A DNA stretch of 64,000 nt from NCBI RefSeq assembly GCF_028641065.1, contig NC_073408.1:3720001-3784000 (forward strand), written 5' to 3'. Below the pieces are notes generated by a model that was not told where the DNA came from, made no database searches, and saw only the letters and a list, made by a program, of their open reading frames with translations. A program made the translations under genes and the position numbers. The DNA comes from Leucoraja erinacea. Lineage: Eukaryota. Positions 25,213-37,623 of this stretch are shown in pieces. The number at the start of each line of letters is the position of its first letter. Position 1 is the stretch's first letter.

Positions 25213-25722
25213 GTAAGCACCAAATGGTAGCTTTAATTGAATGCTGGAGAGAGTTCACAGAGAATGTGTATTGTAGCAGACTGGCTACCACAGGATGTGC
25301 TGGCTGTTTGACCTATCTACCTTTTGAAAATGAGTGAAATCTGGAACAAAGAGATGAACATTTATTTATTTGACTTTATCTTTCACTCTACCCATCGCCC
25401 CAGTGGAGTAAAATAAAAGTGCAGGAAATACTCAGCAGGTCCTGCAGCATCCGTGGAGAAATGAGTCACTATCAGGTTCAATGCCTCGTTAACTTTTTTT
25501 TTCACCACAGATGCCGCCTGATTTGCAGACTATTTTCACACTGGTTTTATTTCAGATTTTTGATTCAAGCACAGTGTTTTAAGGCACATTTTAATGATGC
25601 TCCATGGTTCCAGGTATGAGAGAGATATAGTCATTTGTGTATTGTGTCCTATTTTCCCCATATTTAGGTACCTACTATGAGAAGTTATTAATAAGACTCA
25701 TTAACCTGTATACCAGCTGTAG

Positions 25723-26040
25723 GCAGCCACGGTGGCGCAGTGGTAGAGTTGCTGCCTCACAGCTCTTGCAGCTCCAGAGACCCAGGTTCGATCCCGACTA
25801 GAGATGCGGTCCGTACGGAGTTTGTACATTCTCCCCGTGACCGGGTGGGTTTTCTCCAAGATCTTCAGTTTCCTCCCACACTCCGAAGATGTTTCGGTAT
25901 GTTGTTTAATTGGCTTGGTGTGTGTGTAAATTGTCCCTAGTGTGTGTAGGATAATGTTAATGTGCGGGGATTGCTAGTCGGTGTGGACCCGGTGGGCTGA
26001 AGGGCCTGTTTCCGTGCTGTATCCCCAAACTAAACTAAAC
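25723..26040 (+). mobile_element. V-SINE (HE1-like), full length
   Basis: A box ggtggcgcagtggtag, B box ggttcgatccc, V-domain, tail gaagggcctgtttccgtgctgtatc..(CTAAA)n. Confidence 0.85.
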
Positions 26041-26381
26041 CAGCTAATTTACGAGTCTGCTACATCAGTGGCCCAACCCCTGTGCTATAGACTTGTCCAA
26101 TTCCCTGCCATTATACTATGGAGAGCAGGCACTCAAGTTTCTCTGCCTGCTGTACAAATATTTGACCAGGCTGTGATGCAAACAGTATAGCAGTGACAGG
26201 CAATTGTCAGTTGTTTCAGTCAGACCTATTTAATTAAGATTGTTCATTAGCGTAGGCTCCATGAAAATGACACGGCTGATTTGCTGCCCCCCCCGGGATG
26301 TTTGATACTGAGGATTTGCAAGTAACTACTGTTTTAAAATATATATATTTTATCTCCCGTCATCCCTTCCCCCCCTTTCAG

Positions 26382-26467
26382 CAATTCTGGACATCCCTGT
26401 ATATAAGGACCGCATCCAATCCTTGCATGTGCTGTTCACCCTACACTCAGAGTTCAAAAACTCACAG
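26382..26467 (+). CDS. IFT46: IFT46 exon 11
   Basis: AILDIPVYKDRIQSLHVLFTLHSEFKNSQ. Confidence 0.94.
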
Positions 26468-27401
26468 GTAAGACATGCCAAGATCAAGAATGAACAAAAA
26501 GTCTCAATGTCTGTCAAGAATGTTGCTTTCCATTCATTCCACTCCCATTCCACACATAGCAATAAGTGTGCAAAAAGGAACTGCAGATGCTGGTTTACAC
26601 CGAAGATAGACACAAAAAGCTGGAGTAACTCAGCGGGAAAGGCAGCATCTCTGGAGAGAAGGAATGGGTGACGTTTTGGGTCGAGACCCTTCTTCTGACC
26701 CGAAAAGTCACCCATTCCTTCTCTCCGCTGAGTTTCTCCAGCACTTTTGTCTATCTGTAGTTTGTTTCTACACTATACAATTGGAAGTGGTTTAGAGTTG
26801 TACAATTGTAACACATGGAAACAGGCCCTTCAGCCCAAATCATCCATGCTGACTAAAATGTCTATCTGCACTTCTCTTATTTTCCTTCATTTTGCCCATT
26901 TTCTTGTATACCATTTTCTATCCACACTCCTGTCTAAATGCTTCTTAAATGCTGTAATTCTATCAGCCTCTACCATCTCTTCTGGCAGCTCATTCCATAT
27001 AAACACCAGCGTCTGTGTGAAAATAAAAATTATTTCTTATTTTCGTCCTTAAATCCTCTGGGCCTGAATTGATATAAAGTTGCCGATCACAGTCACCAAT
27101 CCAAACTGTAATTTGATTTATTCTAGATCATAAACAGAATTCAGTGGCTGGTCACATTTACACACGTTGACCCTGATGTAATGCTAAATCCTATTTGCAA
27201 ATGTTTACTGTATTAATGTTTACTGCTTAAGCAATTCATTTTCAAACTTAAATAATTCTCTCATTGGGAGTGATGAATTAATTTTAGGTTATCGGTAATA
27301 ACTTCCTCTTGCATGCATTTACATCTATAATGGTACAATGATGAGTGGTTTTATTGCAGGCACTTAATAGCTATTCACTTGTTGTCCCCTTCTGTTTGCA
27401 G

Positions 27402-27494
27402 CATTTCAAAGCTCTTGCAGAAGGGAACAAGGTGAGCAGTTCTGAGGAGCCTCCATCTCACAACGCAGATGTGGACACAATAACATATGACTAA
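27402..27494 (+). CDS. IFT46: IFT46 last coding exon
   Basis: HFKALAEGNKVSSSEEPPSHNADVDTITYD*; AATAAA at 27605-27610. Confidence 0.93.
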   Translation, partial: HFKALAEGNKVSSSEEPPSHNADVDTITYD

Positions 27495-30052
27495 ATAGCT
27501 GCTTTGGGCAACTAACTCCAGAGGAACCTTTAAAGCCTTCTTTGAATTCTTAAAAAATAACATCCTGAGTTGTTTATTTTTCTATTTATTCTGTACATTT
27601 TTCCAATAAATATTATTCTGAACAAGAATGTTCAAAATTCATGTATCAAGTCTTTTGCAACTGGATCAACAAAAATCAAGTTGTTTTTTTAAAGAAATGA
27701 TAAATTGCCAGGTTTGTCAACAGACTTTGGCTGAATGTACATTTATCTTTACAAAAAATATGTTGTACATGTTTATATAAAGCAGGTAGAGAAACACTTC
27801 CTTTGCAGGAATCCTGCACTGGTTTGGTTTAACAGTCCGAAACAAACAATAGTAAATGAGTAGGAAGGAAGTGCAGGTGCTGGTATACACCAAAGATAGA
27901 AACAAAATGCTGGAGTAACTCTTCGAAACAGACAGCATCTCTAGATGGAATGGGTGACGTTTCGGGTCGAGACACTTAATGAGTCTGAAGAAGGGTCTTG
28001 ACCTGAAACGTCACCCATTCTTTCTCTCCAGAGATGCTGCCTGACCCGCTGAGTTACTCCAGTATTTTGCATCTATCAATAGTAAATGAAATTTCAGAGC
28101 AATAACTGGTGCCAAAATGTCATATTTCCATATTTACCAAGGACATAACATTTGGCGGGAATAATATAATGATGAGATACAAAGCGGCTCCTTCAATAGG
28201 AGGAATGGAGTAAGGATTCACCAGACTTTTTCCTGGGATAGCAGGTCTGCTAGAGAAGGAGTTTGGACAGATTAGACCTCTGTTCCCTATAGAAGAATAA
28301 GAGGTTAGCTCATTGAAACATCCAAGACAGACATGAGGAAGCTGTTTCCCTTGACGGAGGAGTCAGGGTCGAGGGATCAGTCTAAATAAGGAGGAGGCCC
28401 TTTCCAAGAGCACCTTTTGCTATCTGAAGAAGAGTGCTTGAAGTTCTACTGAGGAAGTTGAACCCAACCTCTTCAGAGATAGGGACTACCTATAGTGTTA
28501 TCTCCAGGACTGCCCCCCATAACTCCTGCAGATCCCCGTGGTAAAATAAGTGAACTAATGTGTAATTGGCACTTTGATCTGGCTCAAACTACATTCAGCC
28601 CAGGACAAAGGGGAGACTATATCATCTATATTAGAATAAAGGGGAAGCTATTTAAGACTGAGGTGAGAAAAAACGTTTTCACCCAGAGAGTTGTGAATTT
28701 GTGGAATTCCCTACCACAGAGGGCAGTGGAGATAATGAGAAAGAAGAAGATGCAATAGTTAGAAAAATACTTGCATTTAATACTTAAGATAGACACAAAA
28801 AGCTGGAATAACTCAGCGGGTCTGTCAGCATCTCTGCATAACCCACAGGAAACGGGCATTTCATCTCTGCCCTAGAAATACACGCCATCTCTGCCCAGTT
28901 CACACACTTGTTCAGGAAATCACATTTAAATTGGTAGTTGCATGACAAGAGTTAGGAGAGGTAAAAAAAACCCCAAATACGTTGCACTTTTTAATCCCCC
29001 ATATTTATGAAAAATACTGAGACCGAAAACAAATTATTGCAAAGTTGGAAGCTTGAAATCACAATCGAGATTGATTAGAAAGTAGGTCAGGCAGTGTCTT
29101 GGAGCAATGTTGCGGCCCAGTGACTTTTCATCTGTGGACTTGTAGTTGACAGGTCTGCGAATGGTAACTCTGGTTGTGCTGTGTGGTGAGATTTGCAGGG
29201 TGCACTGAGAATTTTGGTAAGTGACACGAGGCTTGAGTGGGTGGGTGGATTGAGAAATGTGGAGGGAGGGTGGGTGGGGGAGTTGAGACATGTGGAGGGT
29301 ATTTGATTGAAAAGCTTGGTGAGTGGATGGATTTGAGGAATAAAGCAGCCAGCGTAACGTGAGTGAAATACAAAGAGGGCAGGTAAGTGTTAATCCATTG
29401 AAAGGCATTGGGTTTAGTGAGAGTTCCGTGCTTTTTGATTATTCAGCATATTGCTGATTTTTGACATAATAAGAAAAACCACAGATTGGAAACCTGGCAC
29501 TTTTGAGACAGGATGTAAACGCATAAACTTTGCAGTTTAATTTTCTTGCCTCTATAAAGCAGGGTGGTCTGTGTGCATGGATGTGTTTTAAAAGTACAGA
29601 ATGTACTAATTAAGGGTTTGTACAAAGCGTGTTAGCAGCATCTTCTCTGAATGATCGATTGCCAAGATATGGCTCGGTGGTGAGCCAGAAATAAAGGTGA
29701 GATAATAAGAGATTAAGTTGAAGCAAGGTCCGCCAGTAAGCAAAGCCACCACTCAGATGGTGTACTAGTGATATCATATCGAACGAGAAGTTGAAGGTCA
29801 AGATATGTGAATTAATTGAGAAGATGGGGTGCTGGAATTGGACAATCTGTGATGGACCACAAACTAATAATGCCTTTATCTAGAGATTACATGTTCGTAT
29901 ACATTGGATATGAAGGGGATCGAGCTCAGCTGCAATGCCACCCATGGTTAAGTACCCTGTTTAGAGAACAGTTTGAATAATACGTAAGATAGACACCAAA
30001 AGCTGGAGTAACTCAGCGGGTCAGACAGCATCTCTGCAGAAAAGGAATAGGT

Positions 30053-30083
30053 GACGTTTCGGGTCGAGACCCTTCTTCAGACT
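30053..30083 (-). ncRNA. Minimal hammerhead-ribozyme-like core within a foldback repeat (best copy)
   Basis: Minus strand reads CUGAAGA-A-GGGU CUCG ACCC-GAAAC-GUC; helix I is only about 2 bp. Confidence 0.5.
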
Positions 30084-30859
30084 GGGAGTCAGGGGAGAGG
30101 GATACGAGAGATATATATGTTCAAGAAGGAACTGCAGATGCTGGAGAATCGAAGGTAGACAAAAATGCTGGAGAAACTCAGCGGGTGCAGCAGCATCTAT
30201 GGAGCGAAGGAAATAGGCAACGTTTCGGGCCAAAACCCTTCTAAGGCCCGAAACATTGCCTGTTTCCTTTGCTGCATAGATGCTGCCGCACCCACTGAGT
30301 TTCTCCAGCAATTTTGTCTACAAGAGATATATATATATATAGATGGTGTTAATACTTAGTTGAGTACTAATGGAGTGCGGGCCAGTGGAGAAACGACGGG
30401 TTCAGTTACTAGACATGATCTAGAGAAATAAGTTCAGATCCTGATATGACAGCTGGGAAATCCTGTATAATGTTTAATTAATTATAGTCTAGAATTACGA
30501 GACTAGTTTTAGTAACGGCAAAATGAAGACACAAAATCCACCACCTTATCTTCGTCTTGGTTTTCTGTGTCTCCACTGCGTGGTTTAACTACTCTCCGAA
30601 ATGTCACAGCAGATTGCTTAGTTTAAATCAATTAGGGATAGGCTATATATGTTTACTGTTTCACAGTCCATCATTGACTACAAATGGAGTGGGTTTAAAG
30701 AGAGATTTCAGTATTACGTTTGTACAGTTTTAAAAAGTAACGGTTTGGAGTTACTGAGTTTAAAATAGGTCTTTTAGTTCTTTTGTTTCTGAATAGGAAT
30801 TTATTTTCGAGATGAAGCTAATTTATACAGCAACCGTAGCATTGTGTTGGACACCTTGT

Positions 30860-32060
30860 GAAACATACTGCTGAGGGTATGTGTAGCATCCCAGTAGCTG
30901 CTGTAAATGAGGAATTGGAAGGGCTGTCGGAACTGTGAAAAATTATTCTCATGAGGACAGCGGCACTGAGTTAACTGTGGACTGACAAGTCTATGGGTCC
31001 CAAAGACTTCATCACCGAATCTTAAAAGTTGTGTCTAGTGAGATAATTATTTGCGTTGATTTTATCTTTTCAAACTTTCTTGGATTTGGGGAATCGGGTT
31101 GAGAATCGCAAGTGTAATTTCTTTATTGACAAAGTGGAGGAGAGACCAAAACCGCGCTCATCAAAGGGAGTATGTTAAAAGCAATGATTAAAGACCTGCT
31201 GTATCAAAGGTTATTACAAACAATTAAAGCTTATGGTGTAGCAGGTATTTTTGAATGGAAAATTGACTGGATAATGGAAAACAAAATGCAAGTAATCATA
31301 AATGTTTTTTCCCTATCAAAACATAACGTGGCGTGCCGTGGTGATCTGTACTTTCATATAAATATTTATATAAATCATTTAAATGGATGAAGGTATCCAA
31401 GAATTTTTTGCTAACTTTCTTGATAACACAAAGTTAGATAAGAAAGTAAATTGCAAAGAAGACATCGGCAAATTGAAAAGTGATTTAGATAGTGAAGTAC
31501 ATGAGCAATGCTAGATCAATAGAATATGTAGCTGTGGTTGGATGGTGTGGAGGAGGGGGGTTGTCATGTCAGTAAAAATAAATTTAAGTTTATTATCAAA
31601 ATGGTTAAAAATCGCAAACTCTGAGATGTAAGAGGGTTTGGGTATTCCAGTGCCTAATTGATGAAGATGCGTCTGAAGAAGGGTTTCGGCCTGAAACGTT
31701 GCCTATTTCCTTCGCTCCATAGATGCTGCCGCACCCGCTGAGTTTCTCCGACACTTTTGTCTACCTAATTTATGGTATGGTGTGTAGAGGTACTCCAAAT
31801 AATGAGGAAAACCAATGTTATCTTTTCACACAAGGGGAACTTGGATACAAAAGTAGGGAGGTTATGCTCCATGTATATAAACCGTTGATGAGCATAGATC
31901 AGGGGTAGGGTCTCCTCATGTAAGGCAAGATGCAAATGCATTGGAAGCAGTTCAGAGAAGATTTACTAGACTAACAATGGAAAGATTGGACGAGCTAGGC
32001 TTGTATCCATGTGAATATGGAAACAAATGAGAGGAGCCTTGATTGAAACACGAAATCCTG
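30860..32060 (+). mobile_element. Old degraded CR1 LINE ORF2 remnants
   Basis: Decayed motifs (GP..LH.RILK.V..EI; LL..IKAYG; DDTKL-like; LEAVQR.FTRL), interrupted by a foldback repeat at ~31670-31765. Confidence 0.65.
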
Positions 32061-32614
32061 AGGACTCTATACGTTTGCAGCAGGAGTTTAGTCGAGTGGA
32101 TTCCAGTGAGTTTTTATTGCGCACTGCGTTCTCCATCAAATCTGGCTGCATGACAATATTCATGTCCAAGATAAGCAGGGTCTGACATTTGCCAGTCTGG
32201 AAGTGGAGAGAATCTAAAACTCGGGTTGCATTTTGAAAAAAAGTTGACACGCGAAACTAGAGATGTTGGAATCCACGGCAAAAAACACAAATTGCTGGAG
32301 GGACTCAGCAGGTAAGCAGCATCTGTAGAGGCAAAGTGATAGTGATGTTTCAGGTCAAGACCCTATATCGGGACTCTTTTTGTTTCAGGGAAAGAGACTG
32401 AATAAGAAGAGGATCGACCTTAACTGTAATGCAACTGGTAGTTAAATACCCTGTCTGGACTAATATTTGTGTAATATTTAGCTGGGTACAAATGGAGCTC
32501 GATCCAGCGTCTTCAGGAGAAGAATTAGGTTAACTTGCTAGACTGGTGATCCAGAGAAATAAGCTCAGATCCTGGCATGACAGCAGGAAAATAACATTTA
32601 GTTACTTAAATATA

Positions 32615-32952
32615 GTCAGAGTCTTACAGTGAGGAAACAGGCCCTTCAGCCCAACGTGCCCATGCTGACTAACATGTTCCCTCTCCACTAGCCCCACCTG
32701 CCTGTGTTTGGTCCATATCCCTCTAAACCTCTCCTATCCATGTACGTGTCTAAATGTTTCGTAAACGTTGCGATAGCACCCGCCTCAACTACCTCCTCTG
32801 GCAGCTCGTTCCATACACCCACCGCCCTTTGTGTGGAAAAAGTCACCCCCTCAAATCTTTCCCCCCTCACCTTAAACCTACGTCCTCTGGTTCTTGATTC
32901 CCTTACTCTGGGCAAGAGAATCTGTGGGTCGATCCGATCTATTCCTCTCATG
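32615..32952 (-). mobile_element. CR1/HER1-type LINE 3' fragment
   Basis: MRGIDR..RTRG..FKVRG..WNELPEEVVEAG. Confidence 0.8.
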
Positions 32953-34189
32953 GTCTGGGATTACGAGACAAGTTTTGGTCGTGCGAAGGTGACATTTCCA
33001 GATAGTAGCAAAACCCTGCTGGTTCGCCGATGACCTTTAAGAAAGAAAACCCACTCTCCGCTCTTTATCTGTTTTTTCGGTGTTTCTGTACTGTGGTTTA
33101 ACTGCTCTATCTCAAATGGCTCAGAGGCTGCTTAGTTTAAATCACTTAGGGATCAGCAATAAATCTTTGGTTTAGTTTAGTTTAGAGATACATTGGGGGA
33201 AACAGGCTCTTATTAACAACATCCCACGAGGGCCAATTTTTACATTTACCAAGCCAAATAACCTACATACCTGCACGCCGTTGGACGTTTTGTACTGTGT
33301 TGGTGGTACCCATATTGCACAGAGATACAACAAGATACAAGGTACATTTATTTGTCACATGAGATGTGATCATCATACAGGCACACAATAAAATGAAGAA
33401 CACAACACACAGTAGAGTCCAACATAAAACATCCCCACACAGCAGAATCAAATGTTTCCCATTGTGAGGGAAGGCACTAGTCAGTCATCTTCCTCTGATG
33501 TTAACCCGTGGTCAGGGCCTCAAGGGCTCTCCACAGTCGCCGCTACAGGGTGGTAAATCTGTGGAATTCATTGCCACAGAAGGCCGTGGAGGCCGTCAAT
33601 GGATATTTTTAAGGCAGAGATAGATAGATTCTAGATTAGTGCGGGTGTCAGAGGTTATGGGGAGAAGGCAGGAGAATGGGGGTTGAGAGGGAAAGATAGA
33701 TCAGCCATGATTGAATGGCGGAGTAGACCTGATGGGCCGAATGATAAATCAAATGGCCTAATTTTGCTCCTAGAACTCATGAACATGAATTAATAAAGAC
33801 GGGGAGAAAGTATTTTAAGCGATTTCAATATTATGTTTTGTATAGTTTTAGAAAAGAAGGATCGGAATTGCTGGAGTGTAAAATAGTTCTTTATTTCTGT
33901 CGAGAATTTTCCAGCTCAGTCCTGGTGCAGTGTTTTGACCCAAAACATCGACTGCCTTCTTACCTCCACAAATGCTGCCCGACCTGCTAAACACCTCCAG
34001 CAATTTGTTGTTTGCTTCAAAGAATGTGCCTTTCACACAATAGGCAGAGATGAGGCTAATTATTTTCTTTCAAAGGCTTGTTATTCTGTGTAATTTGTTA
34101 TTTGTCAGGTTGATGGTGGTGTTTTGATGATCTGCGTGGTCAAATACGTTCTTGATAGTTTTGTATTCAGCTCCTGTTGGAGTGCACAC

Positions 34190-34645
34190 AGAAGTGTGTG
34201 TGTGTGTGTGTGTATTGGGTGTGTGTCTTTGTTTGTATATGTGTGTATGCGCTGGTATCTGTGTGCACGCACGTGTGTGTGTGTGTGCATGTAGGTGTGT
34301 GTGCGTGTGTATGTAGGTGTGTGTGCATGCGTGTGTATGCAGGTGTGTGCGTGTGTATGTAGGTGTGTGTGTGTGTGTGTGCGTGTGTATGCAGGTGTGT
34401 GCATGTGTATGTAGGTGTGTGTGTATGTATGTAGGCCTGTGTGCGTGTGTATGTAGGTGTGCGTGTGTATGTAGGTGTGTGTGTGTGTCTTTGTATATGT
34501 TTGTGTGCGCTGGTATCTGTGGGTGTGCATGCACGTTTGTGTGTATGTGCGTGTGTGCGTGCATGTGTGTTCTTCTCTCTTTGTCCGTATCTGTGTACGT
34601 ATATATGTGTGTTTTCTCTTTGTGTCTGTGTCTGTGTCTGTGTCC
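34190..34645. repeat. Complex (TG)n / GTGTATGTAG microsatellite
   Basis: Direct reading; generates the His/Thr and Cys/Val spurious ORFs. Confidence 0.95.
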
Positions 34646-35013
34646 AAGACTGGCAAATGTCAGTCCCTGCTTATCTTGGACATGAATATTGTCATGCAGC
34701 CAGATTTGATGGAGAACGCGGTGCGCCACAAGAACAAGCTGACGTCCACTCAAGACTAGACCGCTGCTGCAAATGTAACATTCTGTAGGTGCATGACATG
34801 TGAGATGCCTCGCACAACAGCTAAATGTCAACTTGTTTTTTCCACGCAGATCTAACCAGCTCAGAATTTCCAGCATGTTTTTACTAATTTATTTTTTGCT
34901 AATTTATTTATGATTTTTATTCACTTCTGACAGGTTTTCTCAGTTTGATTAGGAATTTGTCCTATTAGATGTCCAAATTATCCTGGGGGAGTCTTGCGGA
35001 AATCATCAGAGCC

Positions 35014-35077
35014 ATGCAGTCATCAAAGGGATATTTGATGTTCCACGTAATCCTGCTATTAGGCCTGCTGCAGAAAG
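35014..35077 (+). CDS. Ig-superfamily receptor exon 1 (signal peptide)
   Basis: gccATG; MQSSKGYLMFHVILLLGLLQK; AAG/gtaagg phase-1 donor. Confidence 0.78.
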
Positions 35078-35505
35078 GTAAGGCCCACTTCATCCGAGTT
35101 CTTGTGAGCACAATTCATTCCGATCGCTTTCTACACAGATTTTCCCCACTTTGTTCACCGCTTGATGTAGACAATGAGGTTTATAATGTGATGGAGGAAG
35201 AATAATTTTAGTTTAGTTCAGAGATTCAGGGTGGAAACGGGCCCTTCGGTCCACAGACCATGCAGACCAACAATCACCCATACACTAGTTCTATGGGGAG
35301 AAGGCAGGAGTAAGCCATTTAGAACGGAGACGAGGTAACACGTTTACACACAAAGGGTTGTGAGTCTGATTAATTCTATGCTACAGAGGGCAGTGGAGGC
35401 CAGTTCTCTGGATACATTCAAGAGAGAGCTAGATGTTTCGTGTCGAGACCCTTCTTCAGACTCAATTCCCTCATATCCTTTGCTTTTTTGTGCTTTAATA
35501 TGCAG

Positions 35506-35826
35506 TTAATTCCCTCTCGGTGTCTGGGAACACACAGCTCGTGACTGGCTTCCTGCATCAACCCATCTACCTGGCAGTGAAGGTGAATGATTCAAGCTCG
35601 GTGCAAACCATTAGATGGAAGATAGGAGTGCAGGTGATAGTCGAACACACGTCATCCTTATCGGCAGAAGTCTTCCCCATGTTCAAGGAACGCATGGACT
35701 ACATCGCGGAAAACAACTCGCTGCTCATTCACCGACTGAGTCTGCAGGACGAGGGCCAATACATCTCGATAACGTCATTCGAATCTGGAGCAGAAGTTGG
35801 CTCATACATCAACCTGACAGTGCTGG
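35506..35826 (+). CDS. Ig-superfamily receptor exon 2 (cysteine-less V-set domain, CD2/SLAM/HEPACAM-like)
   Basis: 321-nt phase 1-1 exon; IRWK..F.P.FKERM..NNSLLIHRLSLQDEGQY..INLTVL. Confidence 0.87.
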
Positions 35827-35911
35827 GTCAGTTAATAACATTTTTTAACAAGTCTAGCTCATTGAAGGTGAGGGAAGTCAGTCAACACTGGCGTTTAATC
35901 TTCCTTGATAA

Positions 35912-36199
35912 TGTAGTGAGACCAGGCGGCATTCAATTTCAGACCCGAAATACGTTTGGATCGTCGGGGTCACCCCTGCAGTGAGACCAGGCAGGTTGAG
36001 CGAAATGGTTTTTATTCACAAAACACAAACAAAAGCTCGTAATACCGTGTACCTAGTCTAACTAACGGATACCGCTCCTGTTGAGGCGAGGAGCGCTAAT
36101 CACTCTAAAAGCCCGCGAACTAACCCCCGTGGGCACGTGACCGAGCCGACCAATGATGGGGGTTCTGACTTCCCAGCCCCACCACTAGGTGCCGCTACA
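35912..36199 (-). mobile_element. Solo LTR (Gypsy-like) in Ig gene intron 2
   Basis: TGTAG...CTACA termini, 4-bp TSD ATAA (35908-35911 / 36200-36203), AATAAA on the minus strand. Confidence 0.72.
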
Positions 36200-37380
36200 A
36201 TAACATGAACTAAAATTGTCTGTGCCTTTCAATCCCACATCTAATCTCAGAAGGAATGTTCACAACCCCAGGCGCCCATTGTGCTTTCTGTGGTCGTCTA
36301 GTGGAGCAATAACATTGATCTATAAAACCTTTACCAAGGCAAACTCCTTTTCCCTTTGAATCTTGGTCATGTCTCCGGGCCTGAAAACAGCTCACGGTAA
36401 TGCAGCCTCACGGATCCCCACTTTCCCGAGATTGAGAGAGGGGGGCACTGAGATGGATGGGAGATTAGTTCCTCGGCTCTGAAACTGGGCAAGGATTTGG
36501 ATTTCCAACAGAGAGATGGGGTCCAGATCTGTGCTGTGATTCCCCACCCGGTGAATGGAAAGAGGTCTCTGACTTTGTGTGCGCTTGTATCTGTGTGTGT
36601 GTGTGTGTGTGAGCATGATAGACCATCGTTCTGTGTCTTCCCCGTTTACTATGATGTTCATTGATTTTTCTCCCAAGATCCATGGTTAAAATCAGGAGAA
36701 TTAATAATAGATTTCTTACTTTAATACAAGGAACTGTAGATGATAAACACAAAATACTGGAGTAACTCAGCAGGTGAGATTCTTCAGACAGTCTGAAGAA
36801 GGGTCTCGACCCGAAACGTTGCCCATTCATTCTCTCCAGAGATGCTGCCTCACCCGCTGAGTTACTCCACCATTTTGTGTCCACCTTCGATTTAAACCAG
36901 TATCTGCAGGTCTTTCTTACACGAACTGCAGATGCTGGTTTACAAAAAAAGACACGATGTGCTGGAGTAACACAACATCAGTCAGCAGGTCAGACAGTAT
37001 CTCTGGAGAGCATAGATAGGTATTATTTCTGGTCTGGACCCTTCTTCAGTCTGAAGAGTCCTGACCCGAAGTGTCACCTATCTATGTTCTCCAGAGATGC
37101 TGTCTGACTGGCTGAGTTACTCCAGCGTATCGAGCAACACATAGGTTTCTGATCCTGGGCAAAGCCACAAAGTGCTGGAGTAACTCAGCGGGTCAGGCAG
37201 CATCTCTGGAGAAAAAGGATGGGTGACGTTTTGGGTCGAGACCCTTCTTCATACCCATTTGGGCATAAACAATGGCATCTAAAACTAATCTGTGGTCCAT
37301 CAGCTAGCTGCTTCCCCCCCTGCCTCCACTCACAAGGTGCTGGTGAACCCTGTCTCATGTGGACTGTACTCTTGCTTTAG

Positions 37381-37623
37381 TTCCAGTCTCACAGCCCAGC
37401 ATTACAGTGCAGACCGAAAACGACCCCTATCCGACTGTGACCATGAACTGCACAGTGGAGAATGGCTCCAGCCCCCAATTCTCCTGGACAAAGGACAACA
37501 TCCGTGTGTCAACTGGCCACCAGAGTTTAAGGATCGCCAACCTGAACGGCTCAGCCTGTGGAGTTTACACCTGCCTTGTCCAAAACCCTGTCAACAGTGT
37601 GGAAAGACAGCAATGGATCTCGG
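37381..37623 (+). CDS. Ig-superfamily receptor exon 3 (C2-set domain)
   Basis: VPVSQPSI..VTMNCTVENGSSPQFSWTKD..CGVYTCLVQNPVNS; phase 1-1. Confidence 0.88.

Noticed and set aside
25723-25800. tRNA-like A/B boxes
   Set aside because: Head of a V-SINE, not a cloverleaf tRNA gene
34070-34876. 268-aa His/Thr-rich and Cys/Val-rich ORFs
   Set aside because: Translation of the TG microsatellite
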